From NCBI GenBank assembly GCA_038153405.1, contig JAYOYH010000036.1:1-47882 (forward strand): a stretch of DNA of 47,882 nt. The letters are read 5' to 3'. A program made the translations under genes and the position numbers. This DNA comes from Gemmatimonadota bacterium. GTDB taxonomy: Bacteria; Latescibacterota; UBA2968; UBA8231. The notes below the pieces were generated by a model. It was not told where the DNA came from, did not search any database, and saw only the letters and a list, made by a program, of their open reading frames with translations. Of this stretch, positions 9,739 to 19,368 are shown one piece after another (within the stretch, counting starts at the first letter, position 1; each line of letters starts with the position of its first letter).

Positions 9739-10836
9739 ATGAAAATCACTGCCATCGATATCTGGACCGTCGTCGTTCCCACCATTCCCGGCCGCGTGCA
9801 CAGCTCCGAATGGGTGACGGAAACGGGCTGGGACCAAGTGCCCAAGCACATCCTGCGCCTGCGCACGGACGGCGAGTGGGTCGGCTTGGGGGAGACCGGG
9901 CGCGGCACGCCGATTGAGCAGGTGCGCCAGGGCGCAGCTCTGCTGTTGGGCAAGGACCCCGAAAGGATACCGCTCCAAGACGTTTTTGCGCGCGGGGGGG
10001 AGGGTGAAACCGTCGGATCGGGACCGGCCTACGACGCCTTTGAAATGGCCGTGTGCGATCTGGTCGGCCAGGCGCGCGGCGTGCCGGTACACGCGCTGCT
10101 GGGCGGCGCTGTGCGCGACCGAGTGCGCGCCGACTATTGGATGGGGCAGCAGACGCCGGAGGATTCTAAGCGCTCGGTCGAACGGGCGCTCAACGCTGGG
10201 TTCAAAGGGGTGAAGATCAAGTGCCAGATTGAGGAGCCGATGGTCGAACGCTTGCGCGCCATTCTCGAAGTGGCCGGGCCGGAGTTCAAGGTGACGGTTG
10301 ACCCCAACGAGCGCTTTCGCACGGCCGAACAAACCATTGCCCTGGCCGCCGAGTTGGAGGCGTTGGGCAACGTCGAGGTATTTGAAGATCCCATCCCCAA
10401 ATCCGACGTCGAGGGCTACAGGCGCATCCACGAAGAAATCAACCTGCCGCTGGCCCAGCACTTAGGGGCGGGTTCAGCGGTGCTGGCGGCGCTCAAAGAC
10501 GACTTGGCCGACTGCTTTAACCTCGGTGGTGGCCTCTTTGGTTTTCAACAGAACGCGGCTATTGCCGCGGCGGCGGGCATGGTCTGCTGGCACGGATCGG
10601 GCAACGATCTGGGCATTGTTGACACGGCGTATATTCACGCGGCGGCAGCGGCGCCCAACTGCACGATGGCGTCCGATTTCGTCGGTTCATGGACGCGCGA
10701 AGACGATTTGATCGTCGCGCCGATCGAATTTGCCGACGGCTATGTAGAGACGCCGCAGGCACCCGGGCTAGGCTGCGCGCTGGACGAAGTCGCTCTACAG
10801 CGCTATATCCAGGCCTATGAAGAGGTTTGGGCATGA
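9739..10836 (+). CDS. Mandelate racemase/muconate lactonizing enzyme (enolase superfamily) protein
   Basis: GLGE, FEMAVCDLVGQARGVPVHALLGG, KIK, DPNE, EDP, PGLG. Confidence 0.88.
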   Translation: MKITAIDIWTVVVPTIPGRVHSSEWVTETGWDQVPKHILRLRTDGEWVGLGETGRGTPIEQVRQGAALLLGKDPERIPLQDVFARGGEGETVGSGPAYDAFEMAVCDLVGQARGVPVHALLGGAVRDRVRADYWMGQQTPEDSKRSVERALNAGFKGVKIKCQIEEPMVERLRAILEVAGPEFKVTVDPNERFRTAEQTIALAAELEALGNVEVFEDPIPKSDVEGYRRIHEEINLPLAQHLGAGSAVLAALKDDLADCFNLGGGLFGFQQNAAIAAAAGMVCWHGSGNDLGIVDTAYIHAAAAAPNCTMASDFVGSWTREDDLIVAPIEFADGYVETPQAPGLGCALDEVALQRYIQAYEEVWA

Positions 10837-11567
10837 GCGTTGCCGTAGTGGCGCACCGCGGCGCGTCGGGTACCCATCCCGAGAACACGGAGTCGGCGTT
10901 TGTCGAAGCCATGCGCTTAGGGGTGGAAGCCGTCGAATTGGATGTCCATCTGAGCGTGGATGGGCAGTTAGTTGTCATTCACGACGACAGCGTCGATCGC
11001 ACGTCGGATGGCAGCGGTCGGGTGCGCCATATGAAGTGGGACGAGATCGCACCGCTCGATGCCGGTGCGTGGTTCGATGCGCGCTTTGCCGGGCAGCGCT
11101 TCTTACGGCTGGACGAGGCGCTGGATATCTTGGTCGGCGAGGTGCGGCTCAACGTGCACGCCAAAGCCTACGAGCACGACCGCGCCGAATTGGCCACGCG
11201 CGTCGTTCGGTGTCTTTCCGGTCGCGGATTGCTCGAGCGCGCCTTCTTGGCCTCCGATGGGCAGACGCTAGCGCTGGCGCGGCGCGTAAACCAGCATCTG
11301 ACGATGTGCAATTTGAGCGTGGCACCGGTGGAAAACTACGTGCTGCGTTCGCATGCGCTGGGCTGTCGAATCCTGCAGCCGGGCCACGCTGTAACTACGC
11401 CCCAACTGGTCGCGGCAGCCCACGCCAAGGGGATGCAAGTCAATCCATTTTACGCCGACCAAGAGGAAGAGATGCAGCGGCTCATCGACTGTGGAGTCGA
11501 TGGCATACTGACGAACTATCCCGAGAAGTTGCAAATGCTGCTACGGCGCGCGGCGCCGGACAATTGA
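10833..11567 (+). CDS. Glycerophosphodiester phosphodiesterase (GDPD/UgpQ-like)
   Basis: AHRGASGTHPENT, ELDVHLSVDG, VIHD, GVDGILTNYP. ATG 10833 in an ATGA overlap. Confidence 0.9.
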   Translation: MSVAVVAHRGASGTHPENTESAFVEAMRLGVEAVELDVHLSVDGQLVVIHDDSVDRTSDGSGRVRHMKWDEIAPLDAGAWFDARFAGQRFLRLDEALDILVGEVRLNVHAKAYEHDRAELATRVVRCLSGRGLLERAFLASDGQTLALARRVNQHLTMCNLSVAPVENYVLRSHALGCRILQPGHAVTTPQLVAAAHAKGMQVNPFYADQEEEMQRLIDCGVDGILTNYPEKLQMLLRRAAPDN

Positions 11568-11583
11568 GGAGAATGTAGCAGAA

Positions 11584-12081
11584 ATGACAAAGGCGCTAGA
11601 GCAGTGGATCATTGGTCTGACGTGCGCACTCTTTTTCTCTGCTGCCTGCGGCGGGGGCGGCGGGGTCGATGCGCCGAAGGAGCTCGAAGAAGAACGAGTG
11701 AGCACCATACCCGACGAGGCGGTGGCCGTGACGGAGGTGCTGGTACAGAGCTTTCAGAGCGCGTTTTTCGCATCGCTCGTAGCCGATACGACGGCCATCG
11801 CCGGCATCGAGGGACGGGTGCGCATCGAGGGCAATACCTGGACCATGGAACAATACTCACCCGACGGGAAGCTCTTTTTGGACGGCACGCTCGACGTCGG
11901 CAAGGCGCTCTATCCCAACATTCCCGTCAAGGGGACGATTACCTTGACCGGTGTGCAGGAAAGCATCATGGTGCTGGATATCGTCATTGGCGTACAGGGC
12001 AGCACCGGCACAATTGCAATCGACGAGGTCGTCTACGACGTCGCTGACCTCATCGCCGCCGGTGAGGCGGCCGATGAATAG
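11584..12081 (+). CDS. Hypothetical lipoprotein
   Basis: GAGGAG RBS upstream. Hydrophobic N-terminus ending in lipobox-like SAA-C, followed by GGGGG and an acidic, beta-rich body. Confidence 0.65.
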   Translation: MTKALEQWIIGLTCALFFSAACGGGGGVDAPKELEEERVSTIPDEAVAVTEVLVQSFQSAFFASLVADTTAIAGIEGRVRIEGNTWTMEQYSPDGKLFLDGTLDVGKALYPNIPVKGTITLTGVQESIMVLDIVIGVQGSTGTIAIDEVVYDVADLIAAGEAADE

Positions 12082-12108
12082 GGGCGTTTTGCCGCGCGGA
12101 GGAAGGAT

Positions 12109-13824
12109 ATGAAAGCTCGGTTGAGCCGATGGCAGGAAGCGCTGAACAGTGGCCTGCTCGATGCGTTTATGGTTGAGGTCTACGGCGAGGAGGCGCGCGA
12201 TGAGTGGAAGGATCACTACGCGCAGGCCCTGGCCCTCTTTGTCGAAGCCTACGGCACAGAAGGAGAGGTGGTCATTGCGCGCTGTCCCGGCCAGATGAAC
12301 CTGATGGGCATGCACATCGACTACGGCGGCATGCCGTCTGTGCGGCTGGCGGTGCGCGGTTCCGATACGCTGACAGTCGCCCGGGCCAACGACGACGGCG
12401 TCGTGCGCCTGCGCAGTCACATCGAATATCCGGGCGAACGGGCCGATCGCTTTGAGCCCTTTACGCTCGCGCTGAGCGACATCGTGCCGAGCGAAAACGT
12501 CGGCACGCGCGCGGACTTTATGCGCTACGCCGGGCGCATATGTCAGCAGCGCTTAGAAGAGAAGGGCAGCGCACAGGACAACCACTGGTCCGTGTTAGTA
12601 GGAGGGCAGCTGGTCTACCTAGAGAGCTATTTTCGCGCCCGCCAGGCCTTTGGCGGCATGGATGCCGTCGTCTGGAGCAATGTCTCCCCCAGTGGCGGTA
12701 TGTCCTCGTCATCGGCCCTAGTTATATCGACGGCCTGCGCTGCGCTCGGTGCCAACGACCTGCAGCCGCGCGTCGATCTGCCCGAGTCCGATTTGGTTGA
12801 CGGTGTCGGCACCTCCGAGTGGATTCGCGGCACGCGCGGGGGCACGGCCGATCACGGGGGTATGGTGATGGGGCGCAGCGGCCAGCTGGTTGGGGTTGGC
12901 GTCTTTCCCGCCGTGGCGACCGGCTCGGCTACGCTGCCAGAGGAATACGTTGCGCTGGTTCTGGACACCGGCGTGCCGCGCGTATACGACGATGCGGTCA
13001 AAGAGGAAACCGTCGTCGCCTATCCGCTGGGCACGTTTGTCGTGCGCGACCTGCTGCTGCCCGAACTGGCGGGAGCGGGTCCCTTTGCCAGTATGCCCCC
13101 CGACTGGCGCGCGCGCATTGAAATGATTCGCGATATATCCGAAGAAACGTTGCATATTGGCCCCCAGGCAATCTACCAGCTGCTGCGTGCGCTGCCGGCG
13201 ACCACATCGCTGCGCACCATGGCCGATCAGGCGGATAGCCAGGGGAAAGGCGACGCTTTTGCGGAAATGTACGCGCGCGAAATCGAGGGCAAGTTTCAGG
13301 CCCTAACCGACGATTCGCCGATCTACCTGCGTCGCCGCTTTGCCTTTGGCTTGGCCGAGCAGGACCGCGTGCGCTACGTGCTATACTATCTCGAACGGGG
13401 CGATATGGCCACGGCGCTGGAACTGGCGCGGATTTCGCACACAGGGGATTTTGACCGCGAAGTGGAAGTGGACGAGTTGGACAGGCTGAGCCGCAGTGTC
13501 GACGAGGGCGACGAGCGCGGCCGGCTGTGTTTTCTACCGGGCGGCTACGGGCGCATGACGCCTGAATACGATCTGGCCGTGCGACGCGTCAACGAATACC
13601 TCATCGAGACGGGCGGGTTGCTCGCCGGCTCGCTACAGCGCCTGGGCGCCGGGTGGGGAGGCAATATGGGTGGATTGATTCACCGCGACTATATCTACGG
13701 TCCTCAGCGCGTCCATTTTGAGCGCTTTCTCGCAGAGGAGTTGGGGATCGATAGCCCGCTGGAACGCTGCGTAGCGGTGCCGGGCGAGGGCGCTGGTCTG
13801 GTATCCCTTCCCGCGGAGAGCTAA
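12109..13824 (+). CDS. Galactokinase-like GHMP sugar kinase (atypical substrate motif)
   Basis: CPGQMNLMGMHIDYGG (motif I), PSGGMSSSSA (motif II), GGTADH, RLGAGWGG (motif III). Confidence 0.8.
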   Translation: MKARLSRWQEALNSGLLDAFMVEVYGEEARDEWKDHYAQALALFVEAYGTEGEVVIARCPGQMNLMGMHIDYGGMPSVRLAVRGSDTLTVARANDDGVVRLRSHIEYPGERADRFEPFTLALSDIVPSENVGTRADFMRYAGRICQQRLEEKGSAQDNHWSVLVGGQLVYLESYFRARQAFGGMDAVVWSNVSPSGGMSSSSALVISTACAALGANDLQPRVDLPESDLVDGVGTSEWIRGTRGGTADHGGMVMGRSGQLVGVGVFPAVATGSATLPEEYVALVLDTGVPRVYDDAVKEETVVAYPLGTFVVRDLLLPELAGAGPFASMPPDWRARIEMIRDISEETLHIGPQAIYQLLRALPATTSLRTMADQADSQGKGDAFAEMYAREIEGKFQALTDDSPIYLRRRFAFGLAEQDRVRYVLYYLERGDMATALELARISHTGDFDREVEVDELDRLSRSVDEGDERGRLCFLPGGYGRMTPEYDLAVRRVNEYLIETGGLLAGSLQRLGAGWGGNMGGLIHRDYIYGPQRVHFERFLAEELGIDSPLERCVAVPGEGAGLVSLPAES

Positions 13825-13826
13825 GG

Positions 13827-15014
13827 GTGAAAGACCTGCTGCAGGGCATGAAGGTGCTGGATCTGACGCGCGTGCTGGCCGGTCCCTACGCGTCGATGGT
13901 ACTGGCAGACCTAGGCGCTGAAGTCCTCAAGGTAGAATTGCCCGGTACGGGCGATGAATCGCGTGGATTTGGTCCCTTTCAAAACGGCGAAAGCGCCTAC
14001 TTCGCCAGCGTAAATCGCGGTAAAAAGAGCGTGACAATCGATCTGCGCACGGAGTCGGGCAGCGCACTCGTGCGGCGCCTGCTGCGCGGGTGCGACGTGC
14101 TCATAGAAAATTTTCGCCCGGGCAGCATGGCGCGCTTTGGTCTCGACTATGCGCGCGTGCAGCGCGAAAATCCGCAGTTGGTCTACGCCTCCATTTCGGG
14201 CTTTGGCCAGACCGGTCCCTATGCGCAGCGCCCGGCCTACGACGTGATTATCCAGGCTATGGGTGGCATCGCCAGCATAACGGGACAACCCGGCGGCGCG
14301 CCCGTGCGGGTGGGGTCGTCGGTTGGGGATTTGAGCGCGGCCCTCTTTAGCGTGGTGGGGATTCTGGCCGCTTGGGGGCGGGCTAAGGAAACGGGTAAGG
14401 GACAGCAGGTCGATATATCCATGCTCGACTGTCAGGTGGCCCTGCTCGAAAATGCCATTGCTCGCTACTACGTAAACGGCGACGTGCCGCAGCCGCTGGG
14501 CTCGCGCCATCCGACGATTACGCCCTTCCAGTTTTTTGAGGCATCCGATGGCTATATCGTCATTGCCGCCGGCAACGACGGCCTGTGGCGCAAGCTGTGC
14601 AGCGCACTGGGTCGGGAAGAGCTCATCGGCGATGCGCGCTTTGCCGACAATGCCGCACGCACGCAGCACCACGCCGAACTCGAGCCGCTGCTGCAGGCCT
14701 CTTTTGCCGAAGGGAGCGTCGCTGAATGGTGTGAGGTGCTCGGTGCGGCCGGTATCCCCTGCGGCCCCATCCACGACGTGGCCGACGTCTGCGCCGACGA
14801 ACAGGTCGCTGCCCGCCAGATGATTGTCGAATTGCAGCACCCCACGGCTGGCGCGCAGAAAATGCCCAATTCGCCGCTCAAGTTTTCCCAGACACCCGTC
14901 GAACTGCGCCAGCCCGCGCCGCTGCTGGGCCAGCACACCGATGAGGTGCTGCGCACTTGGCTAGATCTGGGCGAGGACGAACTGCAGTCGCTGCGCGCGG
15001 AGGGCGTTATTTGA
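13827..15014 (+). CDS. CoA-transferase family III (CaiB/BaiF)
   Basis: VLDLTRVLAGP, LADLGAEVLKVE, NRGKKS, ENFRPG, SGFGQTGP, PAPLLGQHT. Confidence 0.95.
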   Translation: MKDLLQGMKVLDLTRVLAGPYASMVLADLGAEVLKVELPGTGDESRGFGPFQNGESAYFASVNRGKKSVTIDLRTESGSALVRRLLRGCDVLIENFRPGSMARFGLDYARVQRENPQLVYASISGFGQTGPYAQRPAYDVIIQAMGGIASITGQPGGAPVRVGSSVGDLSAALFSVVGILAAWGRAKETGKGQQVDISMLDCQVALLENAIARYYVNGDVPQPLGSRHPTITPFQFFEASDGYIVIAAGNDGLWRKLCSALGREELIGDARFADNAARTQHHAELEPLLQASFAEGSVAEWCEVLGAAGIPCGPIHDVADVCADEQVAARQMIVELQHPTAGAQKMPNSPLKFSQTPVELRQPAPLLGQHTDEVLRTWLDLGEDELQSLRAEGVI

Positions 15015-15349
15015 GGGGGCTTGGCATCGCGCTATGGGCCGTACTCGTGGGCTGTGCTGGACTGCAGCAAAAGGCCTTTGACGAGCCGAGCCCGGCGGCG
15101 CGCATCCTGCTGAACGAAGGTCAGTTTGTCGAAGCCACGCTGATGCGCCGCTTTGCCGACGGCAATCTGCTGGTGCGCCTAGCCGACGATTCAGTGTTCT
15201 TGCTCGGTCCCAAGCAGACCTGTTCGTGGTGCTGGATGTATGTCAACCGACGCATCTACGTGGAACTGGGCGAGCGCTCGGCCGTGCTGCTGAGCCCGAA
15301 GGGCGAGCGCATGGCGTGCTGGAACGGCGGTCCGACCGAAAGCTATTAA
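15011..15349 (+). CDS. Hypothetical lipoprotein
   Basis: TTG 15011 overlaps the previous stop (TTGA). Signal peptide with lipobox LVG-C and an internal CSWC motif. Confidence 0.6.
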   Translation: MRGLGIALWAVLVGCAGLQQKAFDEPSPAARILLNEGQFVEATLMRRFADGNLLVRLADDSVFLLGPKQTCSWCWMYVNRRIYVELGERSAVLLSPKGERMACWNGGPTESY

Positions 15350-15358
15350 GCGCGCTCC

Positions 15359-16930
15359 TCACTCCTTAAAGCGCAGGCTGCGTCCCGGCAGTTTACCCGT
15401 CAGTTCGACTTCTTTACCCGCTAAAATAATCGGCACGCCGTTGACGACGACGTGCTCGAACCCCTCGCAGAACTGGTGCGGGTCGGTGTAGGTGGCCCGA
15501 TCTTGCACCGTCGCCTCGTCAAAGACGACCAGATCGGCAAAATAGCCCTCCTTGAGCAGGCCGCGTTCCTTCAGACCAAAGCGCTGGGCGGGGTAGCCGC
15601 TGAGCTTGTAGACGGCGTCTTCCAGTGAAAACAGCTCGTGGTCGCGCACGCAGGGGCCGAGCAGGCGCCCGGCCGAACCGTAGAGGCGCGGGTGCACGGC
15701 GCCGTCGGGAAAGTAAATGCCGTCGGTGCCCATCATGTAGTTTTCGTGCGCTAAGAATGGATGCACCAGCGCATCGTCGCCGTGGTGAAAGACGAGCAGG
15801 ACGGCGAGGTTTTCATCGACGAGCAGATCGCACAGCGCGTCGACCGGCTCTTTGCCCATTTCATCTACGTACGACCCGAGCGACTGGCCTATAAAGCGGG
15901 CGTTGTCGCGTCCGGGCAGCCAGGCAATATAGATGCGGTCGAGATCGACCTCGTAGCGCTCGATCACCCGGGCAAAGCGCCCGCGCACGGCGGGATCGGC
16001 CAGTTTGGCAATCACCCCAAGCGGACCGTCTTCCCACACTTCGTAGGGCAGCATATAGTTGAGCATGGTCGAGCCGGGTAAGTAGGGATAGACGTCAAAG
16101 GAGAAGTCGACTTCGTGGACGGCGACCTCGTCGACGTAGCGCAGCAGTTCGTCGATCTGCTGGGGCGTCGTGCCCTTGAAATGCGAAATGTGTACCGGCA
16201 CGCCGGCGCGCCGGCCAATTTCAACGGCTTCTTTGACCGCCTGCAGCGTGCCCTTTTTATAGCGCACATGCGTGACGTAGAGCCCCTGCTGTGGGGCCAT
16301 CGCTGCACAGGCTTCAACTAGTTCATCTGTCGTAGCAAAGCATTCCGATATATAGTCGAGTCCGGTGGACAGGCCTACCGCGCCTTCGGCCATACCGCGC
16401 TCGACGCCGGCGACGATCTCGCCCATCTGCACGTCGTCGGGCACGGCCCGTCCCCAGCCCATAGCCATAGTGCGCAGGTGAGCGTAGGGCAGGTGGGTTA
16501 TGGCGTTTTGACAGGTTGCCCCGTCGAGACCGCGCATGTAGTCGTCGAGGCTTTCCCAGCCGTCGTAGTCGGCCAACTGCAGGCCGTTGAGCGCGCGCAT
16601 ATAGTAGATCCAGTGCGGCCAGGTCCGCGCATCGACCGGCGCGTAGGAAATGCCGTCGGCCATAATGACTTCGCTGGTGAAGCCCTGCAGGGTTTTGGGC
16701 GTGAAGTTGGCGATTTTGCGCAGCCAGCCGTCCGAGTGGTTGTGCACGTCGACAAAGCCCGGGGCGACGGATTTCCCCCCAGCGTCGATGCGCTGCCCTG
16801 CGCTAGCAGCGCTCAGATCACCAATAGACGCGATGCGGTCGCCGCGGATGCCGATATCGCCTCTGTAGCGCGGGGTGCGCGCTCCGTCGATGAGGGTGCC
16901 GTTGGAAATGATCAGATCGTAGTCGCTCAC
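15359..16930 (-). CDS. N-acyl-D-amino-acid deacylase (D-aminoacylase) family amidohydrolase
   Basis: APGFVDVHNHSD, GLSTGLDY, YVTHVR, VHISHFK, GTDG, HPRLYG, GYFADLVVFD. Confidence 0.9.
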   Translation of the reverse strand: MSDYDLIISNGTLIDGARTPRYRGDIGIRGDRIASIGDLSAASAGQRIDAGGKSVAPGFVDVHNHSDGWLRKIANFTPKTLQGFTSEVIMADGISYAPVDARTWPHWIYYMRALNGLQLADYDGWESLDDYMRGLDGATCQNAITHLPYAHLRTMAMGWGRAVPDDVQMGEIVAGVERGMAEGAVGLSTGLDYISECFATTDELVEACAAMAPQQGLYVTHVRYKKGTLQAVKEAVEIGRRAGVPVHISHFKGTTPQQIDELLRYVDEVAVHEVDFSFDVYPYLPGSTMLNYMLPYEVWEDGPLGVIAKLADPAVRGRFARVIERYEVDLDRIYIAWLPGRDNARFIGQSLGSYVDEMGKEPVDALCDLLVDENLAVLLVFHHGDDALVHPFLAHENYMMGTDGIYFPDGAVHPRLYGSAGRLLGPCVRDHELFSLEDAVYKLSGYPAQRFGLKERGLLKEGYFADLVVFDEATVQDRATYTDPHQFCEGFEHVVVNGVPIILAGKEVELTGKLPGRSLRFKE

Positions 16931-16933
16931 GCG

Positions 16934-18340
16934 TTATGCTCCTTGCAATAGTTCGACTTCCAAGTCGTCAAAGTGCGTCGTGCCGCAGCCGTCCAGTCGC
17001 AGGGCGATGCCAATGGAAGACACACCGGGAGGCGGGGGACCGTCGATTTCGACGCATACGCGCGTCCAGTCGCAGGTTCCCGAGATTTTTTCCGAGCAGA
17101 TATAGGGATGCTGCTCGGGTTCGTTGTAGATAGCCCAGCGCACGGCTAAACAAGCGCCGCGACCGGTGACGTCGCGCGTGGCAATGTAGGCCGTAATGCG
17201 GAAGCCGGTAGCCGAGGTCCAGCGCTCGGTCCAGGCCCCGTCGCCCTCGCGATTCATCGTCCACTCACTGGCACCGTCTGTTTGTCGCGTAATTTGCAGC
17301 GAAAAGTCGTCGCTGCGCCCGTAGCTCTTGCACCAGGTGCACCCTTCCCCGGCCGGCAGCCACGGCCACGGGTCGGTGGGCAGGGGACTGGGCTCGCTGA
17401 GGTTGAGTCCGCGCGCAAAACTGGTGTTGCGCTCATATACGGGCAGTTCGGCATGGCCTTCGTATTCTATGGACGGCACGGGGGCGGCGGCGGCCTTGAG
17501 CGCGGATACGGCCTGGTCGGGACACAGCTGCAGGCGAAAGTGTTCACAGATGGGCCTGTATAGTTCGTCGCGGGTATAGCGGGCGACAAAGTGGATGTCG
17601 TAGCCCCAATTGCACACCCCGATCGACGTGCGCTGAGCTGTGTCACCCAAAAAGGCGAAGGCCGGATTGTGGCCGGGGTCGTCCACTAAAACCAATCGGC
17701 CGTCGGTGGCAAAGGCCTGCGGACTGGGAATGCTCGTCGCCATGTGGTTGAGGGGCATCTGCCAAATGCCTTCGTCTGCTTCGGCCAGCAGGCGCGTATG
17801 CCGCGTCGACCACATGCCCGGGAACGGGACAATCGGCGCCGGTAGGTCGCAGTACCACGGATCGCAGTATTCAAAGCGCCACGAATCGCCCGCGTTAGGC
17901 ACATCGAAAAATTCGGGGCAGTGTATGTCCAGATGCGCTTCCATATCGTAGACGTAGGACTGCGCGTCGGCGTCGTAGGAGATGGAGACGATGCGGCGCG
18001 ACGTGGCTATCCCATTGGGCTCGCGCGTGACGACTTCCAGTTGGAGGCGCTCGGTGCCGCGTCCGCGCACGTGAATGGCGTGCACTTGAGTCGTGGCGAC
18101 GGTGCCCATTTTCCAGTAGAGTTGGACGCCGGCCACCAGCGGGCGCTGGTGGGGCGCGAGGCGGATTTCGCGCAGCTCTACTGGCTTGAGGATCGCGTTG
18201 AAATAGCGTAAGTTTTGCTCCGGCTGTTCGACGACGGCGTCCTGCAGCCGGGCGATGGGTTGGTCGCCGTCGCAAACCCACTGCTGGCCGGCACAAATGC
18301 CGCCATAGGTGATGAGGTCGAATTGGGCCTTGTGTGACAT
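16934..18340 (-). CDS. Hypothetical protein with C-terminal carbohydrate-binding-module-like jelly-roll domain
   Basis: Start MSHKAQ at 18340 after an AGAGGA RBS. C-terminus [10 protein letters not shown]...[10 protein letters not shown] resembles CBM4/9-like domains. No signal peptide. Confidence 0.6.
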   Translation of the reverse strand: MSHKAQFDLITYGGICAGQQWVCDGDQPIARLQDAVVEQPEQNLRYFNAILKPVELREIRLAPHQRPLVAGVQLYWKMGTVATTQVHAIHVRGRGTERLQLEVVTREPNGIATSRRIVSISYDADAQSYVYDMEAHLDIHCPEFFDVPNAGDSWRFEYCDPWYCDLPAPIVPFPGMWSTRHTRLLAEADEGIWQMPLNHMATSIPSPQAFATDGRLVLVDDPGHNPAFAFLGDTAQRTSIGVCNWGYDIHFVARYTRDELYRPICEHFRLQLCPDQAVSALKAAAAPVPSIEYEGHAELPVYERNTSFARGLNLSEPSPLPTDPWPWLPAGEGCTWCKSYGRSDDFSLQITRQTDGASEWTMNREGDGAWTERWTSATGFRITAYIATRDVTGRGACLAVRWAIYNEPEQHPYICSEKISGTCDWTRVCVEIDGPPPPGVSSIGIALRLDGCGTTHFDDLEVELLQGA

Positions 18341-18411
18341 GGGTCCTCTTTCTGTGGGGTCCGGGAAACTACAAAGAGCGCGTGTGCGTGGCAAGAGAGG
18401 GCGATCGACAG

Positions 18412-19368
18412 ATGGCGAATAGAAAAACAGTGCAAGTAGGGGGCGTTGAGCTGATCCTCGGATCGCCCATCGGAGGGGACCAACAGTGGATTGGTCAGCA
18501 GGAGACGATTCGCGAGTTGATGGCGTGCTGGATGGTGATCGACGAAAAGGATCTGCCCCTTTCGCCGCGCTTGGTCGGGCCGCCCGGTATTGGCAAAACC
18601 ACGCTGGCTATGGCCGCGGCGCACCAGCGCCAGCAGCCGCTCTACATCTTTCAGTGCACTAGCGATACCCGCCCCGAAGATTTACTTGTTACGCCGGTGC
18701 TGGCCGAGTCTGGTCGCATTGCATACCACGCCTCGCCGCTGGTTACAGCCATGTTGGTCGGGGGTATTTGCGTTCTTGACGAGGGCAACCGCATGAACGA
18801 AAAGAGCTGGGCATCGCTGGCGCCCCTGCTCGATCATCGCCGCTACGTCGAGTCGATTATCGCCGGTATATCGATCGAAGCGCACGCCGACTTTCGCTGC
18901 TGCGTCACGATGAACGACGACGAGTCCACCTACGAAGTGCCAGACTACATCCTGTCGCGTCTGCAGCCGACGCTGGATATCGGCTTTCCCAGCCGTCAGG
19001 ACGAACTGGAGATACTGCGCTATCACCTGCCGTTCGCCGAAGAGCAGCTGTTGGAGATTACCGTCGAATTTCTCCAGCGCGCGCATCGGCTCGACCTGGA
19101 CTTCTCGCCGCGCGACGGCATGCACATCGTGCGCTATGCGCTCAAGCGCCTGGCGCAGGAGAAGGATCACCCGCTCTCGGTCGACGTGGTCTGGGGCGAG
19201 GCCTTGGAGCGCGTGCTGGGCCCCGACGCCATCGACCTCAATCGGCTGGCTGCCGAGCGCGATCGCTCGCTGGGCGAGGCGCTGCCGGCCATGGATTTGC
19301 AGGACTTCTTTTTTGACGAGGACGATCCCCTGCGTCCGGGCCGCGACGACGATACGCCCTCGACATGA
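18412..19368 (+). CDS. MoxR-family AAA+ ATPase (YehL/CbbQ-like)
   Basis: Walker [21 protein letters not shown], Walker B VLDEGNR, sensor I VTMN, SPRD. ATG 18412. Confidence 0.88.
   Translation: MANRKTVQVGGVELILGSPIGGDQQWIGQQETIRELMACWMVIDEKDLPLSPRLVGPPGIGKTTLAMAAAHQRQQPLYIFQCTSDTRPEDLLVTPVLAESGRIAYHASPLVTAMLVGGICVLDEGNRMNEKSWASLAPLLDHRRYVESIIAGISIEAHADFRCCVTMNDDESTYEVPDYILSRLQPTLDIGFPSRQDELEILRYHLPFAEEQLLEITVEFLQRAHRLDLDFSPRDGMHIVRYALKRLAQEKDHPLSVDVVWGEALERVLGPDAIDLNRLAAERDRSLGEALPAMDLQDFFFDEDDPLRPGRDDDTPST

Noticed and set aside
13911..14936. Long antisense or alternate-frame ORFs (also 9697-10461, 19377-20174, 26837-27901, 29166-29915, 30275-31213)
   Set aside because: Shadow ORFs of well-supported genes in GC-rich DNA, with no recognisable motifs.
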